From: Eledone cirrhosa
Taxonomy: Eukaryota
Reading direction: 5' to 3'
NCBI GenBank assembly: GCA_964016885.1
Contig: OZ024740.1
Span: 285,696,001-285,760,000 of the forward strand
DNA: 64,000 bases
The notes beneath the pieces were generated by a model. That model was not told the DNA's origin, did not search any database, and was given only the letters and a program-made list of their open reading frames with translations. The position numbers and the translations under genes are program-made. Of this stretch, positions 25,861 through 39,272 are shown piece by piece (positions within the stretch are counted from its first letter, which is position 1; every line of letters starts with the position of its first letter).

Positions 25861-26671
25861 ATTATGTATTGAAATCTAATGTTATCTTTCATTTAATAAA
25901 TATTTCAACCCTATATTTGAATTTAAAGTTGAACTCTTTGGGTGCATTGGTGTTGTTAAGGTTAAATTCTTATTTAGACAGATGGGAGAGAATTTACAAT
26001 AGATCAACTTAATTATTTTGATATCAAACTGCCAGAAAACATCGCTATTCATTTTAAGGTTTTTATATTTATCTAAAAACCTTCCTTCATAATTTCAGTT
26101 AAGAACTTTTGTTAAGTCATGCTATATTATTAAATCTCTTCAAAGTCTTGATTATTTAAAAAATATATAAAAAATCACAGGCAGTATGTTTCAGTAGAAA
26201 TATAACATGAGGTTTAAGGCAGTCTCTGAAAGTGGATTATATGCAGCTACACACTCATTCAGTGAATATTATTAAGCAAAGATATGATAGATTGAATCCC
26301 TGATAGTTTCTGGAATTGTATTTAAACATGATTTATCAATGTAATGTGATATAGCATGCATTGTAAGACATAGTTTATATATTAAGTTGCCAGCAAAACA
26401 ATTTTAATAATGCTGGAAGCATGAGAAACAGAAATGCATGAAAGTTGAATGTCTCATAATCATATTTGATTTGCAATTTGTTTACAATTTGTTATGCAAC
26501 TGCATAAGTCTATATACAGATAAACACATACAGATAAACAAATTTGATGGCCTTACTGAGTCTATTACCAACTATTTCTGATAAATCTCAAAGAATTATG
26601 AGCTGTTCAACATCAAATTTGAACTACACTCTAGATTAGAAGTATCCAAACTGTGTTGGGACACTTTAGTG

Positions 26672-27002
26672 CAGAGGTTCTCTAACTTTGGAGGGTCACC
26701 CCCATCCCCGACTACGTAATACCCTCAACGCCCCACCCCACCTCTATTTCCAGAGACACCTGCCTACATACAAATTGTAAATAATATATAATAAATAAAA
26801 TCATTAATTTAAATATAACTAATATATACTATGTATAAATAAATATTATATATTTTTTATTTTACTATATTTATATATATATGTATCATTTGATATTTAA
26901 TATACTATTATATCATCTCTACCGACTCCTTAGGCCCTATTGTCCCCCCAGGACCCCCCCCCCCACCGGTGGGGACAGGAGCACCCACTTTGAAAACCTT
27001 TG
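26672..27002. mobile_element. hAT (Charlie/Buster-like) MITE
   Basis: CAGAGGTTCTC...GAAAACCTTTG termini; perfect 8-bp TSD CTTTAGTG at 26664-26671 and 27003-27010. Confidence 0.82.
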
Positions 27003-27005
27003 CTT

Positions 27006-27262
27006 TAGTGTGTCACCCACAATCCCTGGGTGTGTTGTGACATTAAAGTGTCCCCCACAGTCCCTGGGTGTGCTGTGGCACTTTAGTGTGTCACACACAA
27101 TCTCTGGGTGTGTTGTGACATTATTGTGTGTCACCCACAATCACTGGGTGTGTTGTGACACTATAGTGTGTCACCCACAATCACTGGGTGTGTTGTGACA
27201 CTATAGTGTGTCACCCACAATCACTGGGTGTGTTGTGACACTATTGTTGTGACGCACAACCA
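27006..27262 (+). repeat. About 40-bp tandem repeat, about 6 copies, with internal palindrome
   Basis: TAGTGTGTCACCCACAATCACTGGGTGTGTTGTGACACTA; GTGACAC/GTGTCAC inverted pair across unit junctions. Confidence 0.9.
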
Positions 27263-27876
27263 TGGACAGTTTTTAAGTATGTGGTATCAAAAGGTGTTAA
27301 TGTGTCTTAAGAAGTGTCATCAGGGTAAAAACTTGAAAGTTCTGTTGTCGATAAACACCCAATGTATAGCAGTGTATGAGTGTTTGACCTGCACATTTTT
27401 TCCCATGTATTTAATTGATTACCCCATTGCTCGATGTTAGTGTATTGCTGGTGTTTATCTGTTTTCTCATTATTCCTTGATTTGTCCTAAGGTATAGTCA
27501 TAGATAGTTTCAAATCTTCTCCTTTGCTGAGGAGCCAAGATTAAAACATCTATGATTCACCTATTAATGGTAAAATATATTTCTTTAATGGAATATATAC
27601 GGAGGAGATTAATCATTATTGCAAGGTATCTATATTCAAAATCCTCGTTAAATTTGAAGATGCTACCTCCGTAACTATGTGTGTTTACACTCTTTACAAA
27701 CTATCCCCTGTCAATATTTGATATGTTTGTTTTATATATATGTCAATCGACCTTTAATTTAATTTTTAATAGATGCTTGGATTTATTCCTTGGAATCTTT
27801 GAGCTTCTACAGGTGGTATGACACATGTTTCTGATCTCAGACATGACATCTATAATTTTGTTAGTGTATGTATGTA

Positions 27877-27907
<31 letters not shown>

Positions 27908-27939
27908 TTGAACTTTCACCTCACTATTTATTATTTCAG

Positions 27940-28067
27940 GATTTGGATATCATTTACTCTTACCTCCATGGAATGGAAGCATTGTCCTTATTGAGAGAAT
28001 CGGCACTGAAAGCTCTCTGTCGTACTGTCCGCTATGAATACCACGATGCTAATGAAATCTTGTATTG
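27940..28067 (+). CDS. RAPGEF2: Internal coding exon of Rap guanine nucleotide exchange factor 2/6 (PDZ-GEF); start of the N-terminal cNMP-binding domain
   Basis: Acceptor ttatttcag at 27931-27939 and donor GTAAGT at 28068. Translates DLDIIYSYLHGMEALSLLRESALKALCRTVRYEYHDANEILY, close to vertebrate RAPGEF2 DLEIVYSYLHGMEALSNLREHQLRLMCETVRYERHEANEVLY (recalled, not searched). Phase 0 start, phase 2 end. Confidence 0.93.
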
Positions 28068-28164
28068 GTAAGTCATTCACAGATTGTCTTATATTCATTT
28101 TTTGAGAATATTCGATTTTTTTATCACTTACTTAGGAGGAAGAGCAGCACTTTTATTTTTTCAG

Positions 28165-28690
28165 CTGAGTGTTGTCAAACTTTGTTTTCAACCATCAGTT
28201 TATCTCAACCTCTGATTATATAGAATATATTTGGCTAGTGTTCTTACCTGATTTACTGGTGATCATGTGCGCTATCTGAAGTTTGTGTTACAAATAGTTA
28301 AATCATTGGCGTTGCAGAATTCCAGGAGCCTTGATCCTTTCTAATTTCTCACACCAAAACTAGTCTCCATAGAGTCTATCAAAGCCATTACAGTGTGGCC
28401 CAACATGTCCATTAAAGTCACCAGCCATGATTATGAATTCACCATCACTTGCTATAGCCGGCATTAAAGATTTGTAAAAGTCCTCTTTTAGTTCATCTGA
28501 CAGTCCAGATTGTTGTGCATATGCAGATTGCAGATTGCTGCAGCTGTTCTATCTAGAATTAAAAGAAGTATAATGATTCTGTTGTCCACTTTATTTACCT
28601 CAACCACTATATTTACCCATTTTTCTGCTAATAGCCTGTAGCTGTTAGCTACCTGCCAAAATTTGTAGCGTATTTGCCCATGAGGAGTTT
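28165..28690 (-). mobile_element. Degenerate RTE apurinic endonuclease fragment
   Basis: Minus-strand pieces LLAEKWV..VEV.KVDNRII, SAYAQQSGLSDELKEDFYKSL, IMAGDFNGHVG and HMITSKSGKNTSQI, with frameshifts and stops. Confidence 0.8.
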
Positions 28691-29167
28691 ATTTAATGCT
28701 CCTCTCTTGATGATAATGATGATGAGTGGTTGGCATTAAGAAAGGCATCCAGCCAAAGAAGCCATGCCAAAATGGAGCGTATAAGCCAGGCATGTTCCTG
28801 TGACCTGTCTAGTTTCAGACTGTAATAACCCGTCAAACCCTTGCCAGCACAGAAGACAAATGGAAGACAATGCCAGTGGTGGTAGTATTTTATTGTTTTA
28901 TAATAAAACATTTTTTTACATTAAAAATAAGAAGACAGGAACAAAATAGTTTAAAGTGCCAATCTGTGGTTATGCTTTATCTAAGTAATAATAGGAATTT
29001 CAGATCTGTAATTTAAAAAAAAAAAAAAAAAAAAGGTGCACATTCACTCACCCACTATATTTGTTGGTATCGGGGAAACATCCTGAACGGGAAAAAGGTT
29101 GACAGTTTCACTCTGGAACGTTATCAACTTGTTAGAATGCTTTTCATAGTCGTCACAAATAAATTTT

Positions 29168-29246
<79 letters not shown>

Positions 29247-29248
<2 letters not shown>

Positions 29249-29580
29249 CACATGGCTTAGTGGTTAGAGCATTGGCCTTGCAATTGAAAGGTTGTGAGTC
29301 CAATTCTCAGACCAGGTGGTGTGTTGTTTCCTTGAGCAAGACACTTTATTTCACATTGCTCCAGTTTACTCAGCTGTAGAAATGAGATGATAGGGACCCC
29401 AGTCCCTACCATTCCACAGCAAAGTGGTCGTGGAGGTGCCACGGCAAAAAAAGCACCCAGCACTCACTGTAAATGAGGTTGGTGTTAGGAAGGCATCCAG
29501 CTATAGAAATCAAGCTAGAATCAGTTCCTGTCCCACCCTTGCAAGCAGGGAAAAGCGGACGTAAAATGATGATGATGATG
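29247..29580 (+). mobile_element. SINE family S2 copy
   Basis: Near-identical to 18926-19263; directly after a (TA)n tract. Confidence 0.88.
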
Positions 29581-29952
29581 ATACACACACACACCTGCAG
29601 AGGGATAGGCATCGCTAGGTTTAAAATGCCCAAAACACTGTATGACAGCATTTCTGCAACTGTATTAAGTATTATAGGATCAATGACACACACACACACA
29701 CACAGATACACTCACACACACTCAGGCCTGTGCAAATATTTAAATAGACCCAACCCAGAGGTAAACTGTAGACTTCTCTTTCCTTCAAAATATGGCTAGA
29801 TGTGAAATGTAAGCCATATTTCAAACTGCTCATTTAAAATCGTTTTTTAATTCAGAATAAGCCACAACGGTGTTTAAATCTATTTATATGTTTGTATAAA
29901 AATGTGTTTTTATGTGCAATATAGATATAAAATTACTGCTGTTACAAATAAT

Positions 29953-30195
29953 TGTTTCTACTTTTTGGCACAAGGCCAGCAATTATCCGAGCGCATTACT
30001 GGTACTTTATTTTATCGACCCCGTAAGGATGAAAGGCAAAGTTAACCTCGGCGGGATTTGAACTCAGATCGTAAAGGGACGTAACTCTATGCGTCAAAGC
30101 ATGGCGTCCGACCCTCTACCGATACTGCCAATCCACCGCCATCTGTGTTACAAATAATTGTTTCTACTTTTGGCACAAGGCCAGCAATTACCCAG
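29953..30195 (-). mobile_element. SINE S1 full copy plus short 3' fragment
   Basis: Full copy 29953-30140 and fragment 30159-30195; target TGTTACAAATAAT occurs three times. Confidence 0.88.
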
Positions 30196-32160
30196 TGTTA
30201 CAAATAATAAGTACTTTCAAAGTTAGTAGAGGCATTTCGACTGGTTCTTGAAAAAAAAATATTTTCAAATGGATTGTATAGGGAGATAACTCTTGGGGTA
30301 TTGAGGACCTATAATCCCAAAACGGTGTTGCCTCCCTGGTTTGTAAACATGAATAAATGCAGAGTGCCTTGTGTTTATCTATTTCCTGATAGGTTAGATA
30401 TAAATATTCTGTAATATTTGTGTTTTATCTCCAATTATAAGAAATATTCTAACATTATAAATGAAAGAATGGCTAAGGATCAATAAATAATGCTACGGTT
30501 TTATTTATAAACATCGTGGTGTACCTGACACTTTGCGAAGGGCAGACATTTTCTTTTTACAGGATTACCTCCCATAGATCATATTGCGATCGTACTCATA
30601 ATTTTTATTTACTCTCTTAAGAATACGTTCTCAAACCTTTAAGTTTATATTTTCCGCTGTATGTGTATGTATATCTGTATGCAAGAGATATTTTTATGTC
30701 TTGTATTGCCTTCTTGGAACTGGTGGATTCATTTAACTATCTTACTACGCATTCATTCAGCTATCTTACATATAGTTCGTATAAAAAAATTCTACATCGT
30801 ATATAAGAAAATCGTTACCCAACTGGATTTGTTTAAGGCAATCTCCACAGCAGTCGACAAAGGAAAAACCTGTAGCATCATATCGTGCTTTCTTAAATAG
30901 TTTTGATATATTTTTATATTTGTATATCGTGTCTCTTAAAAACATTTTTGACGTAATGAATGTTGATTTCCTACTATATGGTTGTTAATTTTTATGGTAA
31001 ATTTTCTTTCAAATAATGCCTATCACAATGAAAGCTTTTAGAAATAATTAAATAAAAATTAGAAAAGCTTTTCTGAAATAATTTTACCTTACGTTTCAAA
31101 TTTTCCTTTTTTGTTTTCATTTACCTAAATATCTGAATGCACGTTATTATATTGAAATTTGGCTTTAGATATTTAAGAGTAAGTGGGGAATATACATTTT
31201 ATGAAAAAGAAGCTTTATTCTTAAAAGCTATAATTATTCTATTTAGCTTTCTAAACTAATTTTCTTTCTCAAAATATGTGGCCAGGTGGTAAATGAAAGT
31301 ATATTTCCTCAGACTGTTCATTAGGTAAATTTTGTACTGAGATAATGTATTTTAAGAGCATCACTGAAAAAAAGCACTTTGATTATCAAATATAAATTAC
31401 ACTAAATTTTTTTATGATGTTAAATTTAATTAGGGATAAGGTGTTGATAAAAAACATAAAAACTATGCTCCATAGTTCAGTGGGTATGAATAATGGGATA
31501 ACATAAAGAATGCTATTAAAAAGAATTTCAACATACATACACAAAGTGCAGACACACACACACACTGTCCACTTGATTTTGAGAATGATATTTCTTGGTG
31601 GTGTTTTTGACACCTCATCTTAATAACTTTTCTAATAGTTTTTCAGACCAGCCAGTACAGCTTTCTACATTTAATTTTGTGTAAAACACCTCTGAAAGAG
31701 TATATTAAATAAGGACACATTCATCATCATCATTTAACGTCCATTTTCCCCCACACTAGCATGGGTTACACGAGTTGTCCTGTTGTGGTAAATGCTGGGT
31801 CAGGTGACTGATAGGCTGGCTCACTTAGGACTGCTTCTGGCTGGTTTTCTATGGCTGGATGCCCTTCCTAATGCCAACCACATTTACAGTGTGTGCTGGG
31901 GGTTTTTTATCATGACACCTACACGACTACCTTATAGTGTGGTCTGGGTGTTTTTTGTCGTGTCGTCATCACGACCACTTTACAGAGTGAGCTAGGGACT
32001 TTGGTGGTAAGGGTGTGTGGGGATTGGGGAGGTGGATATTTGGGAGTGTGTGAGAGGTGGAGTGGGAGGTAAGTGGATGGGGGTGGGGTGGAGCATGCTA
32101 AATGAGTGCTTCAGTGCTCATGGGAGGTGTATGGAAGAGTAGGGTGGTGAATGTGATGTA

Positions 32161-32196
<36 letters not shown>

Positions 32197-34929
32197 TTCA
32201 TCAGCCTATGCTCATAGGATGAAAAAGGATGATCAATACTGGAATTATAAATCTGATCTGTCAGGTAGTGTTGGTGCCATGATAAATGCACCCAGCCCAC
32301 ACTGTATAGAGATAGCGCTAATGTTACAATACATGCACCCACCATCCTGCTTTTTCACCAGAATTATATTACACAAGAAGTGCCAGGAAATCCCAGTCAT
32401 AGGAAACTGCAGTAGAGGTAGACAAAGGAAGACCTGGCGGAAGTCATAAGAGCTGATCTCAAATCGCTGATATTTACAGAGGAGATGAAGGAATACGGAG
32501 AGTGGAAAGCTGCCGTGCTGAGAAGGACCCATCCAACCCATGTGAGTGTGGAAAAACAGATGTAAAAACAATGATGATGAGGAGTATGATTGTCCTTTTT
32601 TTAAAAGATGGTATAGTGTGATATGAGTTAAATTTAGTTACTATTTCTAGCAAGTCAAGCAACTCTGTAGAGGCTCTCTCACTGGTTTGGCAGTGTTGAA
32701 TTAGTGGGTTTAATAAATAAACATTCGTATCATGAATAGAAAAAGAAAGAAATAACAACATTGGCAAAATACCACACAGTTCTATGGAAGGATATGATTA
32801 ATCAAATTAGTAGTGTATTGGTAATTATTACATCAATTCTAATAAAACATTGTGTAGCTTAGTGGTTAGGGTGTTCAGCTTATGATTGTAAAGTTGCGAG
32901 TTCAACTCTTAGCAATGCATTGTCTTTGGACAAAGCACTTCATTTTGTGCCTGTGTGTCAAAGGGCCAATTTTGTCACATGCTGCATGATGCTTGAATCT
33001 CCCTGAGAATTAGGGGAATTATGCCTGTAGAATACTCAGACATTTGCAGGATTTTCCATTGCTCAAACAACTTGAACACTCACAGGTCCAGCATCAACAT
33101 ATATATATATGTATGTGTATCTGTGTTCATGTCTCTTTATGTTTATTGAAAATAAGTACTGGGGTTGATATATTGTCTTAGATCCTTGAAGACAGTACCC
33201 TCAGCATGCTCACAGTCAGTGACTGAAACTAGTAAAAAAAGTATGATAAAACATGAAGTGCTGTACTATTTGGGCTGTATTCAAAACAACGAGATATTAT
33301 AAGCAACAACTTGTTCAGTTTTGGCCATCAGTGAGATATGATAAAGTATGAAGATTAAACTTTCTACTGTCTAGGTCAGTCAATCTGAACCTTGGTGCAC
33401 TTTAAATATTTGGTGAAGCAATTTTTCTAAATTTTGCAATATATCTTTTTAACATCAAACATGTTTTTATATTGAGGTTGGTGACAGGGCATAACTGAAA
33501 AAAAAAAAAATGTTAAGAGCCACTGCTCTAAGCTATTGATGTCATAGTTTATAATCCACTGTAAAGTGGTTATGTTGGTGTCACAACAAAAAGTGTGCAG
33601 CCCACACTGTAAGGTGGTCGTTTTGGTGCCATGATAAAAAGCACCCAGTCCACACTGTGTGATTGGCTATAGGAAGGGCATCCAACCATGGAAACCAATC
33701 CAGAAACAGTTCTATGTGCGCAAGACATGGTCATCTGATCTGACATGTCTCAAATAGGACAACCCATTTAACTCATGCTAGTGTGGAAAAATGGCCATTA
33801 AATGGTGATGATGATTCAAGTGATATGATCACAATTTAAACTATTCACAGTGAGACTGTATGTTTATTATACATAAACATTGTACATGGGTCCATAAAAA
33901 GACTGTCAGTGCCATCACTAGTTAATATTTGCCATGTACAAAATAGTTAGTTCATAAAATCTATCAGACTTTAAAGTCTTTCATGCATTGGTATTTTGGC
34001 ATAAGTAAGTGTTGCTGATGAATAATAATAATTCTGAAATAAACACACGCGCACGCTTTGGTTCCATGATAAAAAGTACCCAGTCCACGTTGTAAATGTG
34101 GTTGGTGCTTGGAAAGGCATCCAACCATAGAAATTGAGCCAGAAACAGTTCTGTATGAGCAAGATCCAATCATGTGATCTGACTTGTCTTACAATAGGAC
34201 AACATGGCTAACTCTTGCTTGCATGGAAAATAGACGTTAAACAGTGTTCTTACATGGATACTGAATTAGAAGTGTACAGTTACAGCTTAAAATATTCACA
34301 GCAAGATTAGATGTGTGTTTATTATACATAAACATATTCTACATGAGATCATAAATACCTCTTTTTTGAATCCCTGCTAGTGATCCCACTCATTAAGTTA
34401 TTGCTTGGTTATATAATTACCATATCAAGTTATTAAATTATTATTCAGGAATCTATTTATTGCATTTTCGGCAGCAAATTGGTTGAACTGTGAGGGCATC
34501 TGATAGAATTCTTTGTGGTATTCCTTTCAACTTTCTGCAGGCTGAGTTCAAATCTTGCTGAGACCAACTTCATCTTTCATCTTTTGGGGGAGGAGTGAGG
34601 GCACTATAAATAAAGTGTCAGCTAAGCACCAGGGGTGGAGGTTGATTCCCTCTGCTATGTGAAGGGGCAAGAAAGGAGTGGTTCCCATTACAGGCCTCAA
34701 TAATCATTTGACTGCCAAACACTGTTGACAAGAAAAGAAAGAAAGAATTGCATTTTTTAATGATAAATTCTAACTTCTGCTTAACAAACAGATCTCTCTC
34801 TTATAATAGGAAGATTACTCTCACAAATTTGAATTACTCAAATTATGTATTCAGATATAAATGAACCTCTGTCAGTTTCAATGGTCAGTATTTCAGTTGT
34901 TCAATCAACAAAACAACCAGCTCATGAAA

Positions 34930-35148
34930 TTAAACCTTTAGCATTTACATTACTCTATATATACTATTATATTTTCATGGTAAACACTTTACCTCACATA
35001 ATTATCTCACATAATATCGAATCTAAGAGATTTTGATATTATTTATTTTGAGAACAATACCTTAACATCAGTATGAACAGCTGGTTTGAGCAGAAAATGG
35101 TGAGAGAATTCTGACCAGATATGGCCAGTTTAAACACTAAAGGGTTAA
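34930..35148 (+). mobile_element. piggyBac-like MITE A
   Basis: TTAA flanks, collinear. Confidence 0.82.
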
Positions 35149-35903
35149 GAAGCAAATGTCTGAGCATTCCACATACACATGTGTACTGTTAACGTAATTC
35201 TCCTTGTGTGATAAGGCTGATTCTTTGAATTATAGGTACAGTCCATCCAATGGGCTTCTAAACAGTTTCAGTTTACCCAATTTCACTCATAATGCTTGGA
35301 TCAAACTGAATCTATGGTAAATAGCACATGCCCAAGAGGCTATGCAGTGGGATTGAACCTGGGATTCAATGATTGCAAAACAAACTTCTTAAACAGTGTC
35401 ATACTGCATCTGTTCACAGACATACAGTAAAGCCATCATAATCATCCTCATTCTATGTCCACTTTCCACTCTGGCATTGGTAGGATAGGTTGTCGAAGAC
35501 CAGACAGGTTGGAGTTTCATATGGTTGATTCTTTGAATTATAGGTACAGTCCATAGGCTGGATGCTCTTCCTAATGCCAACCACTTTTCAGAGTGTACTT
35601 GGTGTGTGTGTTATTTTTTCATTGCACCAGCACTAACACTTTACAGAGTAGACTGGGTGCATTTTATCATGGTACCAGCATTAGAGGGGTTGTTACATGC
35701 TAGGCTAGACTGAAGAGTCCTCTCAAACCCTACTATAATTTCACCCTTCTACCCAGTATTACTCCTTTTTTAATTGATCTATTAGATCAATTTAATTAGC
35801 AGTAGTGTACTTCATTAAATATCTTTCTTTAATTAATACCTTTTTTTGGTCATTTGCATGAAATGTTCTCAAACATGTGTGGATGATGCACACACATGCA
35901 AGC

Positions 35904-35939
<36 letters not shown>

Positions 35940-38349
35940 CACAGCAACACACACACATACATGCACAGCAACACACACACATACATGCACAGCAACATTT
36001 ACTATAAGCTTTTACAATATTTTTTATTTTTTGTCATGGGCTTCAGTTCCTAACATCCTGCACTGCATGAAACTGCATTGGGGGTTTCTTGTGTTTTTAA
36101 ACATATAAACCTCAGAAAGAAATGATTCATTGTTAATGTAGAAATTAAGTAGGAGGGTAGGGAGTGGGGAAGTTAAATGGATGGTACACTTCAGTTTAAA
36201 AAATGAATAAAAGGTAGCTGAAAAAAGATACAGATTGGTGCAAGCATAGCTATGTGGTTTGGGAGTTTGCTTTGTAATCATGTGGTTTTGGGTTCAGTCC
36301 CTCTGCTCAGCACCTACTATAACTTTGGTTGACAGAAATTGTGAGTGCGTGTGTTTGTCTGTGTGTGTGTGCGCACACTCATACACATATATGCAAGCAG
36401 AAAATGGACATTAACACAATGACATGCACACAAATGTATATACATGTAAGTATGTATGTATGTGTGTCTGTTTATATCTTGTAACTTAGAGGTCTGACAG
36501 AAATTGATGAAATAAGTACCAGGTTTGATAGGAGCAACTGAAATTCCCATAAGGCAGTACCCCAACACGGCCACAGTCTAATGATTAAAATCAGTAAAAG
36601 CATAAAAGAATATGACAAAATCTAAATACACAAATATTTCTTTGTCATTCTTTAGGAATTTGTCCACCCATTACCATAAACTTGAAAATCAATTTTCAAC
36701 TATATATTTTCATTATGTTTATATTTACAATTGTATTTACAATAATTCTGTAATTCTTTTAATCATTGAACTCCACTATGGCCATGCTGGGGCATGGAGT
36801 TTTGTTTATTTTAGTTGATCGTATTCACTGCAGTACTTACTTCACTCTCATATATATTTATCAATGGTTTAATACTGTATGTATCCAGTACAGAATACGT
36901 ACACTGTATATTCCTGCATGTCAGAAGATGTGACTACAGGGTTGGCACCATGATGTGCATCCAGCTATATAAAACATTGCCTCAAAAAGGAGCCCATAAT
37001 GTGTATGATTAAGCCTGTCCTGGTGTCCTCAAAAGCTAACCCCTGTTGTGTTTATCTAATGGTTCTTTTACTTTTACGAGGTAAAGGAAAATAACAGGGT
37101 GCATGCACACACACACACACACCTACCTACCTACCTACCCTTTGAAAAAAAATTACTTTAAATGTATTGCACAACTCAAGGTTGTATGCAGTAAGAGACA
37201 CTTGCCCACAGTGGATAGAATACAGAACCTTGTGGTTATGAACCCAATTTTATAACCACACTGCTAGCCCTACACCTATATTGCAGGCAGATATCTTATG
37301 TTCATATTATCATCATCATGGCTTCCTTTGCCTGCTTGCATAGGTTGGACAATTATCAATATCATAACAACTGTTTGTGATAAGGTTTATATATTGGAAA
37401 ATATGTAGATATAGGAAACAAATTTTGATGATAATCATGATGTAATCATTGAAACATGTAAATATCATATCTAGCAGCCAGAGGTTTTATTTGTGTAGAT
37501 CTAAACAGTGTTGAATGTTTAACAAATCTGTTGCTGATTGAATAGAATATTTGAGTATTCTTTATTTAATAGTAAGACAATATAAGCTGCGGAAACAACT
37601 GATGTTCTGTGTCAGTAAATAATAATGCAATAAGTGCAAATAGTAGGAAAAATGTTATATTGTGAGGAAGAAATAAATCTAACATTTCAAGCAGAATACT
37701 TTAACATGTTTGCCCATGTCCCTTCATTAGGGCTCTCAAAATCAGCAGGAGAGACAGAGGAAAGGTGTTCTCTAACCAGAAACCTGACTGGATGCTTGCA
37801 ATATACTGGACTCCACTCAAAGCACCTAAAAGCCAAGACATGATGTTAAATTAGGCTCAGACTAAGTCTACCAACACAGTAGACCACAATAGGATTTATA
37901 CTCAGAAAGCAAAGAAGTGGAATAAATACTACTAGGCAGTTTGTCTGATGTTCTTACAATCCTGCTAATCCACTGCCCTGGACTGGTACTTTATTTTGTT
38001 GACCATGAAAGGATGGATGGCAAAGTTGACTTCAGTGGGATTTGAATTCAGAGTTTAAGAAAGCTAGGATAAATACTGCAAAGCATTTTGTCCTACACAC
38101 TTATAACTGCAAGTTCACCATCTGAAAGATATAAATTGTTTTCTAGCATTGCTGAATGAATAAATTGTTTATCTATTGTGACAACATTGTCCTAAAATTT
38201 TAGACATATTCTAAAAATAGATTTTGTTAAAGTGTTTGTTACATAGATATTTTCTCATTGGTGACCAGATGGCTGACAAAAAAGGTGTTAATGTTGTGAA
38301 TATGAGTGATTAATCAGAGATTTAGACAAGTTGAAGATACTATAATTAA

Positions 38350-38473
38350 TTGTTTCTACTATTGGCACAAGGCCAGCAATTATCCCAGTACATTACTGGT
38401 ACCTTATTTTATCGACCCCGTAAGGATGAAAGGCTAAGTTAACCTTGGCGGGATTTGAACTCAGAATGGCAAG
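38350..38473 (-). mobile_element. SINE S1, 5'-truncated
   Basis: Same core; TATAATTAAT on both sides is a likely TSD. Confidence 0.8.
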
Positions 38474-39045
38474 GTATAATTAATAAAATAAGATAAGTTG
38501 TTGCTCTGAGGAGTGGTGGTGAATTCTGATGTTAAGATAAGGATTCATTTCCTTGGACTCTAGTTTTTTTTTTTGGGGGGGGGGGGGTATTCTTTGACTG
38601 AAGGATACTTAGTTTGATTTAAATTATTTATTTTTATTTTTTTACTCTTTTATCAGTGAAGGAAGTACAGTGCTTATGACCCTTTTCAAGGCCTTCAATG
38701 TTAGTTGAAAGGAGGGTGGAAGGTACCCTCAAACCAGAGATTTGACTGTAATTCTTGCAACAGAGTGGGCTCTACTATAATACCTAAGGGCCAGGCAGTC
38801 ATCTTAAACTAGGCCACAGATTAAGTCTACCATCCAAAATTTCTGAATTCAGTTGTGAATTAGTTTTAAATAACAACATCAACAAGCCTTTTAAAGCTAT
38901 TTTCCCTGCTAAAGCTGGGGTTATCCTTGTGGGCCCTATTATAGGCTTTCATTCATCATAGGGTCTTTTTTGAGGTAATGTTTAATGGCCAGATTCCCTC
39001 CCTGGAATGGACCTTTTTAGTCACCTCATACGACATGCAGGGTGT

Positions 39046-39272
39046 TTAACCCTTTAGCATTTATATTACTCTATATTTACTATTGTATTTTCATGGTAAA
39101 GGCTTTACCTCACATAATTATCTCACATAATATCGAATCTATGATATTTTGACATTATTTATTTTGAGAACTATACCTTAACATCAGTATGAGTAGCCAT
39201 TTACACCTGCTTTTAATAGAAAGAGGTGAAAGAATTCTGGCCAGATACAGTGTTTAAATGCTAAAGGGTTAA
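39046..39272 (+). mobile_element. piggyBac-like MITE A
   Basis: TTAACCCTTTAGCATTTA...TAAATGCTAAAGGGTTAA. Confidence 0.88.

Noticed and set aside
27868-27939. ATG start of ORF 27868-28071
   Set aside because: The N-terminal part is microsatellite and intron; homology starts exactly after the AG at 27939.
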